DNA of 64,000 nucleotides from Bacteroidales bacterium (GTDB taxonomy: Bacteria; Bacteroidota; Bacteroidia; Bacteroidales; UBA932). How positions within the stretch are numbered: the stretch's first letter is position 1; each line of letters opens with the position of its first letter. The DNA is taken from positions 41,424 through 105,423 of the forward strand of contig JAZLIS010000103.1 in assembly GCA_045617505.1 (NCBI GenBank), given 5' to 3'. Below, piece after piece: positions 26,181 through 35,653 of the stretch. The position numbers were made by a program, and so were the translations under genes. Below the pieces are notes generated by a model that saw nothing but the letters and a program-made list of their open reading frames with translations, had not been told where the DNA came from and made no database searches.

Positions 26181-27254
26181 CTACTGTTTGTGAAGTTTCT
26201 CAAATTCCTGCATGCAGGCCACCAGAGCATTGACAGCCTCCACGGGGCAGGCGTTGTAAAGGGATGCCCTGAAGCCTCCCACGCTGCGGTGCCCCTTGAT
26301 ACCCACCATACCGCGTTCCTTGGCAAAAGCGAAGAACTCGTCCTGAAGAGCCTCCTTGCCGGGAACCATCACGAAGCAGACGTTCATTATGGAGCGGTCC
26401 TCAACGGCTGCCGTACCGACGAACATAGAGTTCCTGTCTATCTCATCATAGAGTATCTTCGCCTTTTCGACGTCAATCTTGTGGATAGCCTCGACACCTC
26501 CGATGCTCTTGAGCCATTTGAGAGTCTCGTTCATTATGAATATGGAGAACACCGGCGGAGTATTGAACATACTCGCTCCGTCAATATGGGTGCGGTAGTC
26601 GAGCATTGTGGGGATGTAACGGGTAACCTTGCCCAGAACATCCTTGCGGACAATGGCGAAAGCCACTCCCGCAGGGCCCACGTTCTTCTGCGCGCCACCG
26701 TAAATCAGGGCATATTTCGACACATCGACCGGACGGCTCATTATGTCGGACGACATGTCCGCCACAAGATTAACAGGACAATCCATATCATATTTGATTT
26801 CAGTCCCGTAGATGGTGTTGTTGGTGGTGATGTGGAAATAGTCCAAATCGGAAGGGATTTCATATCCCTTGGGTATATATGAATAAGTCTTGTCCGCTGA
26901 GGATGCGATTGCGTATGCATTTCCCAGCCCCTTGGCCTCCTTGAGAGCCTTCTTCGCCCATACTCCCGTCTCCAGATAGGCAGCCTTGTTTTCCAGAAGA
27001 TTCATTGCCACATAAAGAAACTGCAGTGAAGCACCTCCACCGAGGAACAGCACTTCGTGTGTATCCGGAATATGAAGAAGTTCGCGCCAAAGCGACCTGC
27101 ACTCATCCATAACGGCCTCCCACTCCTTTGTCCTGTGGGAAACGCTGATTACCGGAATACCGGTGTTCTTGAAATCCTTAAGAGCTTCTATCGCAGCATC
27201 TATCGCTGATTGCGGAAGTACGCACGGACCCGCATTGAAATTGTACGCTTTCAT
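26181..27254 (-). CDS. serC: phosphoserine aminotransferase
   Basis: 357 aa with the N-terminus [23 protein letters not shown] and a C-terminal [10 protein letters not shown]. Confidence 0.9.
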   Translation of the reverse strand: MKAYNFNAGPCVLPQSAIDAAIEALKDFKNTGIPVISVSHRTKEWEAVMDECRSLWRELLHIPDTHEVLFLGGGASLQFLYVAMNLLENKAAYLETGVWAKKALKEAKGLGNAYAIASSADKTYSYIPKGYEIPSDLDYFHITTNNTIYGTEIKYDMDCPVNLVADMSSDIMSRPVDVSKYALIYGGAQKNVGPAGVAFAIVRKDVLGKVTRYIPTMLDYRTHIDGASMFNTPPVFSIFIMNETLKWLKSIGGVEAIHKIDVEKAKILYDEIDRNSMFVGTAAVEDRSIMNVCFVMVPGKEALQDEFFAFAKERGMVGIKGHRSVGGFRASLYNACPVEAVNALVACMQEFEKLHKQ

Positions 27255-27272
27255 ATTTTAATCAATAGATTT

Positions 27273-27875
27273 TCAAATATAGTGAATTATTTGGCAAAAT
27301 TTCAACTGCTCCTCAAAATCTTTCACAAGAGAGAGACGGACTTTCACGTCCAGCTCACATTCCAGATCGAACGACTGTTTTTCGGGGACCAGCCCCATCT
27401 CCTTGAGAGCTTTCATCACATCGTTCATCCGTTCATATCCGAACTTGACGGTAAGTTGCTCCCGGGCCAGCTTCTCCACAATCTTTGCCCCCGCAATCGC
27501 ATCCTGCGCCGCGCTCCTGTATGCCTTGATAAGTCCCGGTACTCCGAGTTTGGTGCCGCCGAAATACCGGACCACAACTATAAGTATATCGCTCAGTCCC
27601 GCAGAAAGAATCTGTCCGTAAATCGGGCGGCCGGCCGTAGAAGAAGGCTCTCCGTCATCATTGACACGCCAATTTCCCCCTTCCAGTCCTATCCGGTATG
27701 CAAAACAATGATGACGGGCATCGAAATATTCCTTTCTCACAGAGGCAATTATCTCCTTCGCCTGAACTTCCGTCTCCACAGGATAGGCAAACGCAAGGAA
27801 TTTGCTTCCCAAATCCTTATAAAGACCTTCGGATTTCCCCCCGATACTTTTGTAGCAATCTGATGCCGAATTCAT
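27273..27875 (-). CDS. yigZ: YigZ/IMPACT family protein
   Basis: Carries SKFLAFAYP, HHCFAYRIG, NDDGEPSSTAGRPI and VVVRYFGGTKLG. Confidence 0.8.
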   Translation of the reverse strand: MNSASDCYKSIGGKSEGLYKDLGSKFLAFAYPVETEVQAKEIIASVRKEYFDARHHCFAYRIGLEGGNWRVNDDGEPSSTAGRPIYGQILSAGLSDILIVVVRYFGGTKLGVPGLIKAYRSAAQDAIAGAKIVEKLAREQLTVKFGYERMNDVMKALKEMGLVPEKQSFDLECELDVKVRLSLVKDFEEQLKFCQIIHYI

Positions 27876-27926
27876 ATTGTAAATGTACGCAAAAAACGTA
27901 AATTTGCATTACAAATCGGTTTAAAG

Positions 27927-28457
27927 ATGATTTTAAGATTCAGAGCCACGATACCCCAGAGCAAGATCTTCTATAAGGTCTATGCTGTAGATGGAGGTAT
28001 GGACCTCTTCGACTTCAACACCTTCATTCTCGGAGACCTCGGCTTCGCACCCGATCAGATGGTGCTTTTTGAAGGATACGACGGAGGCGGTAAACTTTGC
28101 GGAGAATACGGACTGTTCGATATGGGTGACGGGTCGATGGACAAGATTACCTTCGAGAAACTGGCAAGGAAAGGACAGACCGAACTGCATTATATATATG
28201 ATATGCGGAACGACCGCTACATCAGGCTGGTGATGGAAGGAGAGGAGACGCTCCCTCCCACCACCCTTCTTCCCTGCCTTCTTGAGGAGAAGGGCCACGC
28301 TCCGGAGCAGTTCTCAGTGGCGTATGAAGATTATGAGGCCGTCCAGACAATCATCCCGAAGGCTTCCGCTTCAGTCGAAGACGAAGATTTCGATGATGAG
28401 GATGACGAAGAGGATGGCGATGAGGAGGGTGAGGAGATTTACGATGAGAATGAATAG
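27927..28457 (+). CDS. hypothetical protein with a highly acidic C-terminal tail (possibly pRiA4b-ORF3/MM3350-like fold)
   Basis: 176 aa with an ATG start. The tail reads EDEDFDDEDDEEDGDEEGEE. The fold guess is weak. Confidence 0.45.
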   Translation: MILRFRATIPQSKIFYKVYAVDGGMDLFDFNTFILGDLGFAPDQMVLFEGYDGGGKLCGEYGLFDMGDGSMDKITFEKLARKGQTELHYIYDMRNDRYIRLVMEGEETLPPTTLLPCLLEEKGHAPEQFSVAYEDYEAVQTIIPKASASVEDEDFDDEDDEEDGDEEGEEIYDENE

Positions 28458-28466
28458 TTCTCGCCG

Positions 28467-29339
28467 ATGCCCACTCTCAAGGTAATCCTAGGCCCCACCG
28501 CAGTCGGCAAGACAGATTACAGCATTGATCTGGCGCTGAGGTTGCGATGTCCGATAATTTCCTGCGATTCAAGGCAGATTTTCCGGGGGATGGCGATAGG
28601 GACCGCCCAGCCCTCAAAGGAACAGTTGGAAAAAGTCAGGCACTATTTCATAGCCTGCAAGAACCCCGACGAACACTATACCGCCGGGCTCTTCGAAATT
28701 GAGGCCCTGAACCTTCTGGAAAAGTTATTCAAGGAGTACGACACCATCGTAATGGCCGGAGGCAGCGGCCTGTATGTGGACGCCCTGTGCAACGGACTGG
28801 ACAATTTCCCCGCCGCAGACCTCGAACTTCGCGAAAGACTCACTGCAAGAGTGAAGGAGGAAGGTCTCTCCACGCTCCGCAGGGAGTTGCAGATTCTGGA
28901 CCCCGAATCATACGCGACTATCGACATCGCCAATCCGCAGAGAGTGGTCCGCGCATTGGAAGTGACCCTGGCCACAGGCCGCAAGTTCTCCGAATTCAAA
29001 ACCAATACCGTGAGAAAAAGATGGTTCGACATTGAAAAACACTGTCTTACAAGGCCACGGGAAGAACTCTATGAGCGGATTGACGCCAGAGTGGATGCAA
29101 TGTTCGAAGCCGGGCTCGTGGAGGAAGTCAGGAGCCTGACCCCATACCGGAATATGCTCGCCCTGAACACAGTGGGGTACAGGGAGGTCTTTTCATATCT
29201 TGATGGAGAGACGGACATAAAAGAAGTGTTGCGCCTGATAAAGCGCAACACCCGTCACTATGCCAAGCGCCAGATTACCTACTGGGCGCGTGATCCTCAA
29301 ATTGAATACGTTACTTTGCCAACTCGGTCTTCTCTATGA
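28467..29339 (+). CDS. miaA: tRNA dimethylallyltransferase
   Basis: P-loop ILGPTAVGKTD, followed by SCDSRQIFRGMAIGTAQP. Confidence 0.9.
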   Translation: MPTLKVILGPTAVGKTDYSIDLALRLRCPIISCDSRQIFRGMAIGTAQPSKEQLEKVRHYFIACKNPDEHYTAGLFEIEALNLLEKLFKEYDTIVMAGGSGLYVDALCNGLDNFPAADLELRERLTARVKEEGLSTLRRELQILDPESYATIDIANPQRVVRALEVTLATGRKFSEFKTNTVRKRWFDIEKHCLTRPREELYERIDARVDAMFEAGLVEEVRSLTPYRNMLALNTVGYREVFSYLDGETDIKEVLRLIKRNTRHYAKRQITYWARDPQIEYVTLPTRSSL

Positions 29340-30033
29340 AGGGATGAACCTTGATTACCTCAACCTTGAACTTGAGAGCTTCGTTGGGGCCGATCTTGTC
29401 ACCCTGAGGGCGCTCGCCGTAAGCGAGGTTCGCGGGAATCCAGAGAGTGATTTCGCCACCCTCACCGACAAGCTGCATCCCTTCAGTCCAACCTTTGATA
29501 ACCCTGTTGAGAGGGAAGGTGACTGATTCTCCTCTTTCGTATGAAGAGTCAAAGACAACGCCTTCGAGAGTTGTACCCTCGTAATTCACCTCGACTGTAT
29601 CCTTCTCGCTTGCAGCCTTCACTTCGCCTTCGCGGACAATCTGATACTGGAGGCCGCTTTCAGTGGTCTGAACGCCTTCCTTGGAACCATTCTCAGCGAA
29701 GAATTTCTCAGCCTTTGCCAGATTGGATTCACCTACAAGTTCCATCCTCTTCTGGATAAATCCGTTGACTGTAGCATAGAACTCCTCCTGAGAAACCTCA
29801 ACCCCGTTTCCGGCAGCCTTTATTCCCGCGACAATCTTATTGATGTTGAGAGCTCCCATTTTGGAGTAAGTGATTGAACGGCCGAGGTTATAGCCGAGCA
29901 TGTAACTTACGGAATCCACCTGAGCCTTGGATATTCCGGTGGGCTGTTTTTCAGATGATGTCTTGGAGGAGCAGGATGAAATTGCAATTGCTCCGAGTGC
30001 GCATACAGCGACAATCAAAAGTGTTTTTTTCAT
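29311..30033 (-). CDS. FKBP-type peptidyl-prolyl isomerase, lipoprotein
   Basis: Signal peptide plus lipobox (AISSCS). The C-terminal FKBP domain reads VIKGWTEGMQLVGEGGEITLWIPANLAYG. Confidence 0.85.
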   Translation of the reverse strand: MKKTLLIVAVCALGAIAISSCSSKTSSEKQPTGISKAQVDSVSYMLGYNLGRSITYSKMGALNINKIVAGIKAAGNGVEVSQEEFYATVNGFIQKRMELVGESNLAKAEKFFAENGSKEGVQTTESGLQYQIVREGEVKAASEKDTVEVNYEGTTLEGVVFDSSYERGESVTFPLNRVIKGWTEGMQLVGEGGEITLWIPANLAYGERPQGDKIGPNEALKFKVEVIKVHPFIEKTELAK

Positions 30034-30163
30034 TATAGTAGATATTTATGAAATTGTCTATGTTACAGGTTTTTTCCAAACAGCCGGCAAATATAGTAAA
30101 TTTTGAAAATGTCAACAAAATTATTAGATTTGCAGGGATTGAACGATAGAAAAACACTATACG

Positions 30164-31255
30164 ATGAAGAAGATTCTGATTGTTCTGGCATTATGGGCGA
30201 CAATAGCCCCGGCCTGCAGTCCCAGGGGCAGTTTTGTCCTCAAGGGAACCGTGAAGGATTCGCTGGCCTCCCTTCCCGGCGCGGCGATAGTCATCACCGA
30301 TATGACAAGCGGCGAAAAAGACACCGTTGCAATTGAGAAGGGCTTTTTCACCCTGACCGGCGACGCCGACATAACAAGTTGCAAGCAGGTGATGCTCGCC
30401 TTCATAGACGCCCCTGCCGTCAAGCACAAGCTCTACGCATCCTTCATTCCCGAGGAGGGAGTAATCAGACTGAATCTTGACAACCAGACAGTCAAGGGCG
30501 GAGCTGCCAACAGGTCGATGCAGGAATTCACGGCCATCTCGACAACGATGGCGGACTCTCTGGTGGTGAAATACAACCTGTTCAAAGCAGGAACAATTTC
30601 CGAGGACGAATTTGATGCCGCTGAAGAATCATTCAACAGGGCCATCACCGATCTGGCCACAAAAACCATAAAGGGCAACGGGGACAACTATCTGGGCCTT
30701 GCGGCATTGAAAGAAATTATCTATGACATTGACCTGAAACAGCTTGACGAGCTACTCTCCGATTGCTCCGAGTTCATCAGGAACAACAGCGCAGTCACCC
30801 GCATCCGCAACCTCAAAGTTGCGGAAAGCGCCTCCTGCGAGGGGAAGATGTTCATCGATTTCAACGGAGCCGCTCCTGACGGGAAATTCACCAGACTCTC
30901 CGACTTCGTAGGCAAAGGAAAGTATGTCCTGGTCGATTTCTGGGCCTCCTGGTGCGGTCCGTGCCGTCAGGAGATTCCCAACATCAGGGAAGCATACGAC
31001 AGATTCACAAAAAAAGGCCTCACCGTTGTGGGAGTTGCCGTGTGGGATGGCGACAACAGCGCATCAAAGAGAGCAATGAAAGAGCTAAATATGAAGTGGA
31101 GCCAGATTTTTGTGGGAAACGACCGCACAGCCACAGACTCCTACGGAATTTCAGGCATTCCCCACATAATCCTCTTCGCCCCCGACGGGACTATCTACAA
31201 AAGAAACCTGCGTGGGGATGACATTTGCAAAACAATAGCAGAAGTACTCAAATAA
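30164..31255 (+). CDS. TlpA-family thiol:disulfide oxidoreductase, lipoprotein
   Basis: Lipobox APACS, thioredoxin motif DFWASWCGPCRQEIP, and a C-terminal GIPHIILFAPDG. Confidence 0.8.
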   Translation: MKKILIVLALWATIAPACSPRGSFVLKGTVKDSLASLPGAAIVITDMTSGEKDTVAIEKGFFTLTGDADITSCKQVMLAFIDAPAVKHKLYASFIPEEGVIRLNLDNQTVKGGAANRSMQEFTAISTTMADSLVVKYNLFKAGTISEDEFDAAEESFNRAITDLATKTIKGNGDNYLGLAALKEIIYDIDLKQLDELLSDCSEFIRNNSAVTRIRNLKVAESASCEGKMFIDFNGAAPDGKFTRLSDFVGKGKYVLVDFWASWCGPCRQEIPNIREAYDRFTKKGLTVVGVAVWDGDNSASKRAMKELNMKWSQIFVGNDRTATDSYGISGIPHIILFAPDGTIYKRNLRGDDICKTIAEVLK

Positions 31256-31458
31256 TATTTTTAAGTTTCGCATTTATGCGAAACAACCTATTTAGAGGCC
31301 GTTAGGCCGTAGATAAATCCCTCTCCCGGGGAGAGGGATTTAGGGCGAGGGTATCGTAATAGAGATTGTGCGGTGGGAAAAAGTTTCGCAAGTACTGCAC
31401 AACTCTTTGAATATTAATCAAATAATCACTTGCGAAACTTGAGTAATATTGTCAAAGT

Positions 31459-32493
31459 ATGAAAAGAGTTGCACTGACCGCCGTTCTGCTGGCTTTCGCG
31501 GCTGCTATGCCGGCACAGACCGTTCCCAACGGAGCCGTAATCTATGCCCTGCCCAGAACAACCATAACACTTACGGTAGAAGCCAGATACAGCGTATTCA
31601 CGGCAGGCCCCTACGCACAGTACGCACAGAAATATCTCGGATATGATGCAAGACGCTCCTCCTTCACGGATTGCACCATCACAGACATAACGGTCCATCC
31701 ATACGTGGAGGCAGACCCGGCCGGAAGATATGCCATCAACCTTTCCGAAAAAATACCCTCCAACTTCCTGCAATTCTGCAGCCAGGGGTTGATTGTAATG
31801 TCCGACAGTTATACCGGAAAGGCTACTGATTTCAGATTCCCCAGTCAGGCCGGCGTCGAAGCTTTCATAGGCAAGGCTCCCGAAGGGAATCTTGCCGACG
31901 AGACCACAACCCTCTACAGAATGGTAAAAAAGGCGACAGGTTTTGAGAAAGTTGCTGTATCCCAGAGTCAGGTGGTGGAAAAATCCCTTGAAAAGAAAGC
32001 CGAAGAGGCCGCAAGGCATATATTCAATATCCGCGAAAGGAAGACTCAGATTATTACAGGAGACACGGACGCCACATTCAGCGGAGAAGCACTCGGAGCC
32101 GCAGTCGCGGAGCTCAACAGAATGGAGGACGAATATCTGAGCCTTTTCTATGGAATCACCGAGACCTCCACTCAGAAAATGTCATTCGACGTCACACCCA
32201 AAACAGGAGTAAACAAATATACGGCATTCAAGATTGTTGACGGACAGGGACTTGCCAGCGCCTCCGCACCTCAGGGACGTGCAATCTCCATTGAACTCAC
32301 CGCTGACAGCGAGGCCCCCGTCAATGCTGCCGGAGCCAAATCCAGCAGCGGCCCTGCGGTGAACTACCGAATCCCCACCGTAGTCTCCTGCAAGATAGTC
32401 GATTCCGGCAAAACTCTGCTTGAAACCAGAATTCCCGTCTATCAGCTGGGCCAGACCTGCTCATTCCCGATCAACACTCTACTGAACAAATAA
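31459..32493 (+). CDS. secreted hypothetical protein (possibly DUF4831-like)
   Basis: 344 aa with signal peptide MKRVALTAVLLAFAAAMPAQ. I recognised no catalytic motif. Confidence 0.5.
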   Translation: MKRVALTAVLLAFAAAMPAQTVPNGAVIYALPRTTITLTVEARYSVFTAGPYAQYAQKYLGYDARRSSFTDCTITDITVHPYVEADPAGRYAINLSEKIPSNFLQFCSQGLIVMSDSYTGKATDFRFPSQAGVEAFIGKAPEGNLADETTTLYRMVKKATGFEKVAVSQSQVVEKSLEKKAEEAARHIFNIRERKTQIITGDTDATFSGEALGAAVAELNRMEDEYLSLFYGITETSTQKMSFDVTPKTGVNKYTAFKIVDGQGLASASAPQGRAISIELTADSEAPVNAAGAKSSSGPAVNYRIPTVVSCKIVDSGKTLLETRIPVYQLGQTCSFPINTLLNK

Positions 32494-32504
32494 TTACAGA
32501 AGTT

Positions 32505-33968
32505 ATGCCTATAAGGAATCTCGAACCGAAGAGTGTGTGGACGAATTTCCACTCACTCACACAGATACCCCGCCCCAGCGGGCACACGCAGAAAGTGGCG
32601 GATTTCCTCGTGAAATTCGGAAAAGACCTCGGCCTTGAATCGTTCAGGGACGAATGTGGCAACGTAATAATAAGAAAGCCGGCCACACCCGGAATGGAAG
32701 GCCGCAAAGGCATCATCCTTCAGGCCCACATGGATATGGTACCCCAGAAAAACAACGACAAGGTGCACGACTTCACCAAGGACCCGATATCCACACGCAT
32801 AGTGAAGGAAGAGGACGGAGAGTGGGTATATGCCTGCGGCACAACGCTCGGCGCGGATGACGGACTTGGCATTGCAGCCGCAATGAGTGTGTTGGAATCC
32901 AGGACCATCAAGCACGGACCCATCGAAGCGCTCTTCACAGTCGATGAGGAGACAAGGATGGTCGGAGCAAAGGCTCTCAAACCGGACGTACTCAAAGGTG
33001 ACATTCTTCTGAACCTCGACTCCGAGACGGAAGGTGAACTCTATGTGGGATGCGCCGGCGGGCTTGATGCAAACATAGAATTCAAGTACAGGACTGAAGA
33101 TATTCCCGCCGGATACAAAGCCCTGAAGATAATCGTCACCGGACTTCGCGGAGGCCACTCCGGGATGGAAATCAACGAAGGCCGCGGCAACGCCAACAAA
33201 ACTATGGCAAGAGTCCTACTCCCGCTGATTCGCAATTTCAAGGGCCGTATGGCCAGTTTTGACGGAGGAAATATGCGCAACGCCATTCCCCGCGAGGCCG
33301 AGGCCATAATAGCAGTCCCCGCGGAGAAAGTTCCCGCAGCTACCGAACTGGTTTCAAAAACCCTTGAAACAATCAAATCAGAACTGCACCGCATCGATCC
33401 GGGTCTTGTCATAACCGTCGAACCGTCACGGGTCCGCAAAGTGATTGCCGGGACAACCGGAAAGAAACTTGTCCAGGCCATCTATGCCTGCCACAACAAC
33501 GTGGATCGTATGAGCCTTGAGATTGAAGGTCTTGTGGAAACGTCCAACAACCTGGCAATCGTCAAGACAGGCAAGGATATAATCACCGTAAACACCCTGC
33601 TCCGAGGCGCCACTGACTCCCTGAAGGAAGATCTCGCCGAATCCGTTCGCGCAGCATTCGAACTGGCGGGCGCAAAAGTCCGGTTCGACGGAGGCTACAG
33701 CGGATGGAGCCCCAACCTTGAATCCCCCATCCTCAAGACTATGAAGGCCCAGTACCGGAAACTCTACGGGACGGACCCTGCAGTAATGGCCATTCACGCA
33801 GGCCTTGAGTGCGGAATCTTCGGGGAGGCATATCCCGATTGGGATATGATCTCCTGCGGGCCCACCCTGAAATCACCCCACTCCCCCGCTGAGAGATGCT
33901 TCGTACCTTCAGTCGGGAAATGGTGGAATTTCCTCAAGGCCGTGCTGGAGGATGCTCCTTCAAAATAG
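32505..33968 (+). CDS. pepD: aminoacyl-histidine (Xaa-His) dipeptidase, M20 family
   Basis: 487 aa with LEPKSVWTNFHSLTQIPRPSGH, LQAHMDMV, GADDGLGIAAA and TVDEE. Confidence 0.85.
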   Translation: MPIRNLEPKSVWTNFHSLTQIPRPSGHTQKVADFLVKFGKDLGLESFRDECGNVIIRKPATPGMEGRKGIILQAHMDMVPQKNNDKVHDFTKDPISTRIVKEEDGEWVYACGTTLGADDGLGIAAAMSVLESRTIKHGPIEALFTVDEETRMVGAKALKPDVLKGDILLNLDSETEGELYVGCAGGLDANIEFKYRTEDIPAGYKALKIIVTGLRGGHSGMEINEGRGNANKTMARVLLPLIRNFKGRMASFDGGNMRNAIPREAEAIIAVPAEKVPAATELVSKTLETIKSELHRIDPGLVITVEPSRVRKVIAGTTGKKLVQAIYACHNNVDRMSLEIEGLVETSNNLAIVKTGKDIITVNTLLRGATDSLKEDLAESVRAAFELAGAKVRFDGGYSGWSPNLESPILKTMKAQYRKLYGTDPAVMAIHAGLECGIFGEAYPDWDMISCGPTLKSPHSPAERCFVPSVGKWWNFLKAVLEDAPSK

Positions 33969-33999
33969 TTTGCACATTCAATTATTATTCTTATATTTG
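33969..33999 (+). promoter_or_regulatory. Bacteroidetes-type promoter TTTG-N19-TATATTTG for rpsF-rpsR-rplI
   Basis: TTTG at 33969-33972 and TATATTTG at 33992-33999. Confidence 0.55.
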
Positions 34000-34026
34000 C
34001 AGCCCTTTCGGATTCCGAAGGGGCTG
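34000..34026 (+). promoter_or_regulatory. 5' leader hairpin of the rpsF operon
   Basis: CAGCCCTTTCGGA-T-TCCGAAGGGGCTG, with about 13-bp arms and one mismatch. It sits between the predicted -7 box and the rpsF ATG. Confidence 0.45.
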
Positions 34027-34050
34027 ATTTATTAATTAAACTTTTAAAAA

Positions 34051-34422
34051 ATGATCAAACAGTACGAAACCGTTTTCATTGCAACTCCCGTTTTGTCTGA
34101 CGTTCAGATGAAGGAAGCGGTTGCCAAGTACACAGGCCTCATTGCCGAGAACGGAGGCAAGGTAGTGTACGAAGAGGACTGGGGTCTGCGCAAGCTCGCC
34201 TACCCTATCCAGAAGAAGACCACTGGATTCTATCACCTTATCGAATTCCAGGCAGAGCCCGCACTCATTGCGAATCTCGAAACCCAGTACAAACGTGATG
34301 AACGCATCATCCGTTTCCAGACAGTATCAATGGACAAGCACGCCATCGCATACGCCGAGCGTCGCCGCGCCAAAATCAACGGAACCAAGGCCGAAGCTCC
34401 CGCAGAGCAGAGCGCTGAATAA
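34051..34422 (+). CDS. rpsF: 30S ribosomal protein S6
   Basis: Starts [10 protein letters not shown]...; gene order S6-S18-L9. Confidence 0.95.
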   Translation: MIKQYETVFIATPVLSDVQMKEAVAKYTGLIAENGGKVVYEEDWGLRKLAYPIQKKTTGFYHLIEFQAEPALIANLETQYKRDERIIRFQTVSMDKHAIAYAERRRAKINGTKAEAPAEQSAE

Positions 34423-34439
34423 TTAAGGAGGATATACAA

Positions 34440-34706
34440 ATGGCACAGCACGATGACATCCGCTATCTGAATCCTGTAAACGTAGAGGTAAAGAAGAAAA
34501 AATACTGCCGCTTCAAGAAAGCCGGCATCAAATACATCGACTACAAGGACGCCGAGTTCCTGAAGAAGTTCCTCAACGAGCAAGGCAAGATTCTCCCCCG
34601 CCGTCTTACCGGCACATCACTCAAATTCCAGAAGAAGGTTTCTCAGGCAATCAAGAGAGCAAGGCATCTTGCACTTCTTCCTTACGTAACTGATATGCTC
34701 AAATAA
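34440..34706 (+). CDS. rpsR: 30S ribosomal protein S18
   Basis: Carries [19 protein letters not shown]...ILPRRLTG...[13 protein letters not shown]. Confidence 0.95.
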   Translation: MAQHDDIRYLNPVNVEVKKKKYCRFKKAGIKYIDYKDAEFLKKFLNEQGKILPRRLTGTSLKFQKKVSQAIKRARHLALLPYVTDMLK

Positions 34707-34717
34707 AGGAGGGTATT

Positions 34718-35173
34718 ATGGAAGTTATTCTTAAACAAGACGTTCAGAACCTTGGTAACAAGGACGATATCGTAACCGTAAAGAACGGCTACGGCGCAAA
34801 CTGGCTGATTCCTCAGGGTCTGGCAATTATGGCCACCCCCACCGCCAAGAAGATTCACGCAGAGAATATGAAGCAGCGCGCTCACAAGGAGGCTGCTCTC
34901 CGCGCTTCCGCTGAAGCCCTCGCTTCAAAGATGGAAGGCACTACTGTCAAGCTCGCCACCAAGGTCAGCGAGAAAGGCAAAGTTTTCGGAAGTGTCAACA
35001 ACATTCAGGTAGCCGAGGCTCTTGTAGCCGCCGGTTTTGAATGCGACCGCAAGAACATCACTCTCACAGGTGAGCCTCTCATCAAGCAGGTCGGCACATA
35101 TCAGGCTGTAGTGAAGATTTACAAGGACATCAAAGCCACTGTAAACGTAGAAGTTGTTGGAGAAGAGGAATAA
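34718..35173 (+). CDS. rplI: 50S ribosomal protein L9
   Basis: Starts MEVILKQDVQNLGNKDDIVTVKNGYGANWLIPQGLA. Confidence 0.95.
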   Translation: MEVILKQDVQNLGNKDDIVTVKNGYGANWLIPQGLAIMATPTAKKIHAENMKQRAHKEAALRASAEALASKMEGTTVKLATKVSEKGKVFGSVNNIQVAEALVAAGFECDRKNITLTGEPLIKQVGTYQAVVKIYKDIKATVNVEVVGEEE

Positions 35174-35193
35174 TTCTTCGGACAATTGGACAG

Positions 35194-35229
35194 AAAAAAA
35201 GGAATCAGATTATTCTGATTCCTTTTTTT
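35194..35229. terminator. bidirectional rho-independent terminator
   Basis: A7-GGAATCAGA-TTAT-TCTGATTCC-T7, between the convergent rplI gene and the lipoprotein gene. It overlaps the last codons of the lipoprotein gene. Confidence 0.75.
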
Positions 35230-35632
35230 CTGCCTCTGCTTCAGCCTCTTTATAGATCAAATATGCCCCGACAATTCTATATGCATTGTCTGCCGTCTCA
35301 ACAAGATCCACACGGATCTGCTCTCCACCGCTGAGAAAGCTTTTGGCCATAACGGTGTCTATTTTATCACATGCTACAGTGAAATCCATCCATGCAGCCG
35401 TATCGGCATCGAATGAGAGTCCGAAATAGGAGTGATTCTGCCCGAAATAGCTTGGATCTATGGAAGTGATGTAACTGCATACCATCTCATAGCGGGCCTT
35501 GCCTTCGTCAGTGTTCTCCATCAGCCCCTCATACCTTGTAGTGAAAATGTGATTCGCCTCCTTTTCCACACAGGAAGAGAGAAGCGCAAGTGCGACAAAT
35601 GTCACAAAAAAAAGTTTGATGTTTTTTTTCAT
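35210..35632 (-). CDS. hypothetical lipoprotein
   Basis: 140 aa with a signal peptide and lipobox LLSSCV. No family recognised. Confidence 0.5.
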   Translation of the reverse strand: MKKNIKLFFVTFVALALLSSCVEKEANHIFTTRYEGLMENTDEGKARYEMVCSYITSIDPSYFGQNHSYFGLSFDADTAAWMDFTVACDKIDTVMAKSFLSGGEQIRVDLVETADNAYRIVGAYLIYKEAEAEAEKKESE

Positions 35633-35653
35633 TTTATTTTGAATATTTGATTT

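Noticed and set aside
29311-29339. A 29-nt convergent overlap of the miaA and FKBP isomerase 3' ends.
   Set aside because: Both reading frames have convincing family motifs up to their ends. Convergent overlaps of this size are not unusual and imply nothing beyond a shared termination region.
31381-31440. A 13-bp perfect inverted repeat, considered as the border of an invertible (phase-variable) promoter of the kind common in Bacteroidales surface loci.
   Set aside because: The arms are only 34 nt apart, which is far too short for a DNA-invertase switch. No recombinase gene is nearby. I kept it only as a possible operator or RNA hairpin.
31426-32019. A 197-aa minus-strand ORF overlapping the start of the secreted protein gene at 31459.
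   Set aside because: It is antisense to an ORF with a clean signal peptide and an ATG start. It has Cys/Gly-rich, irregular composition and no motif.
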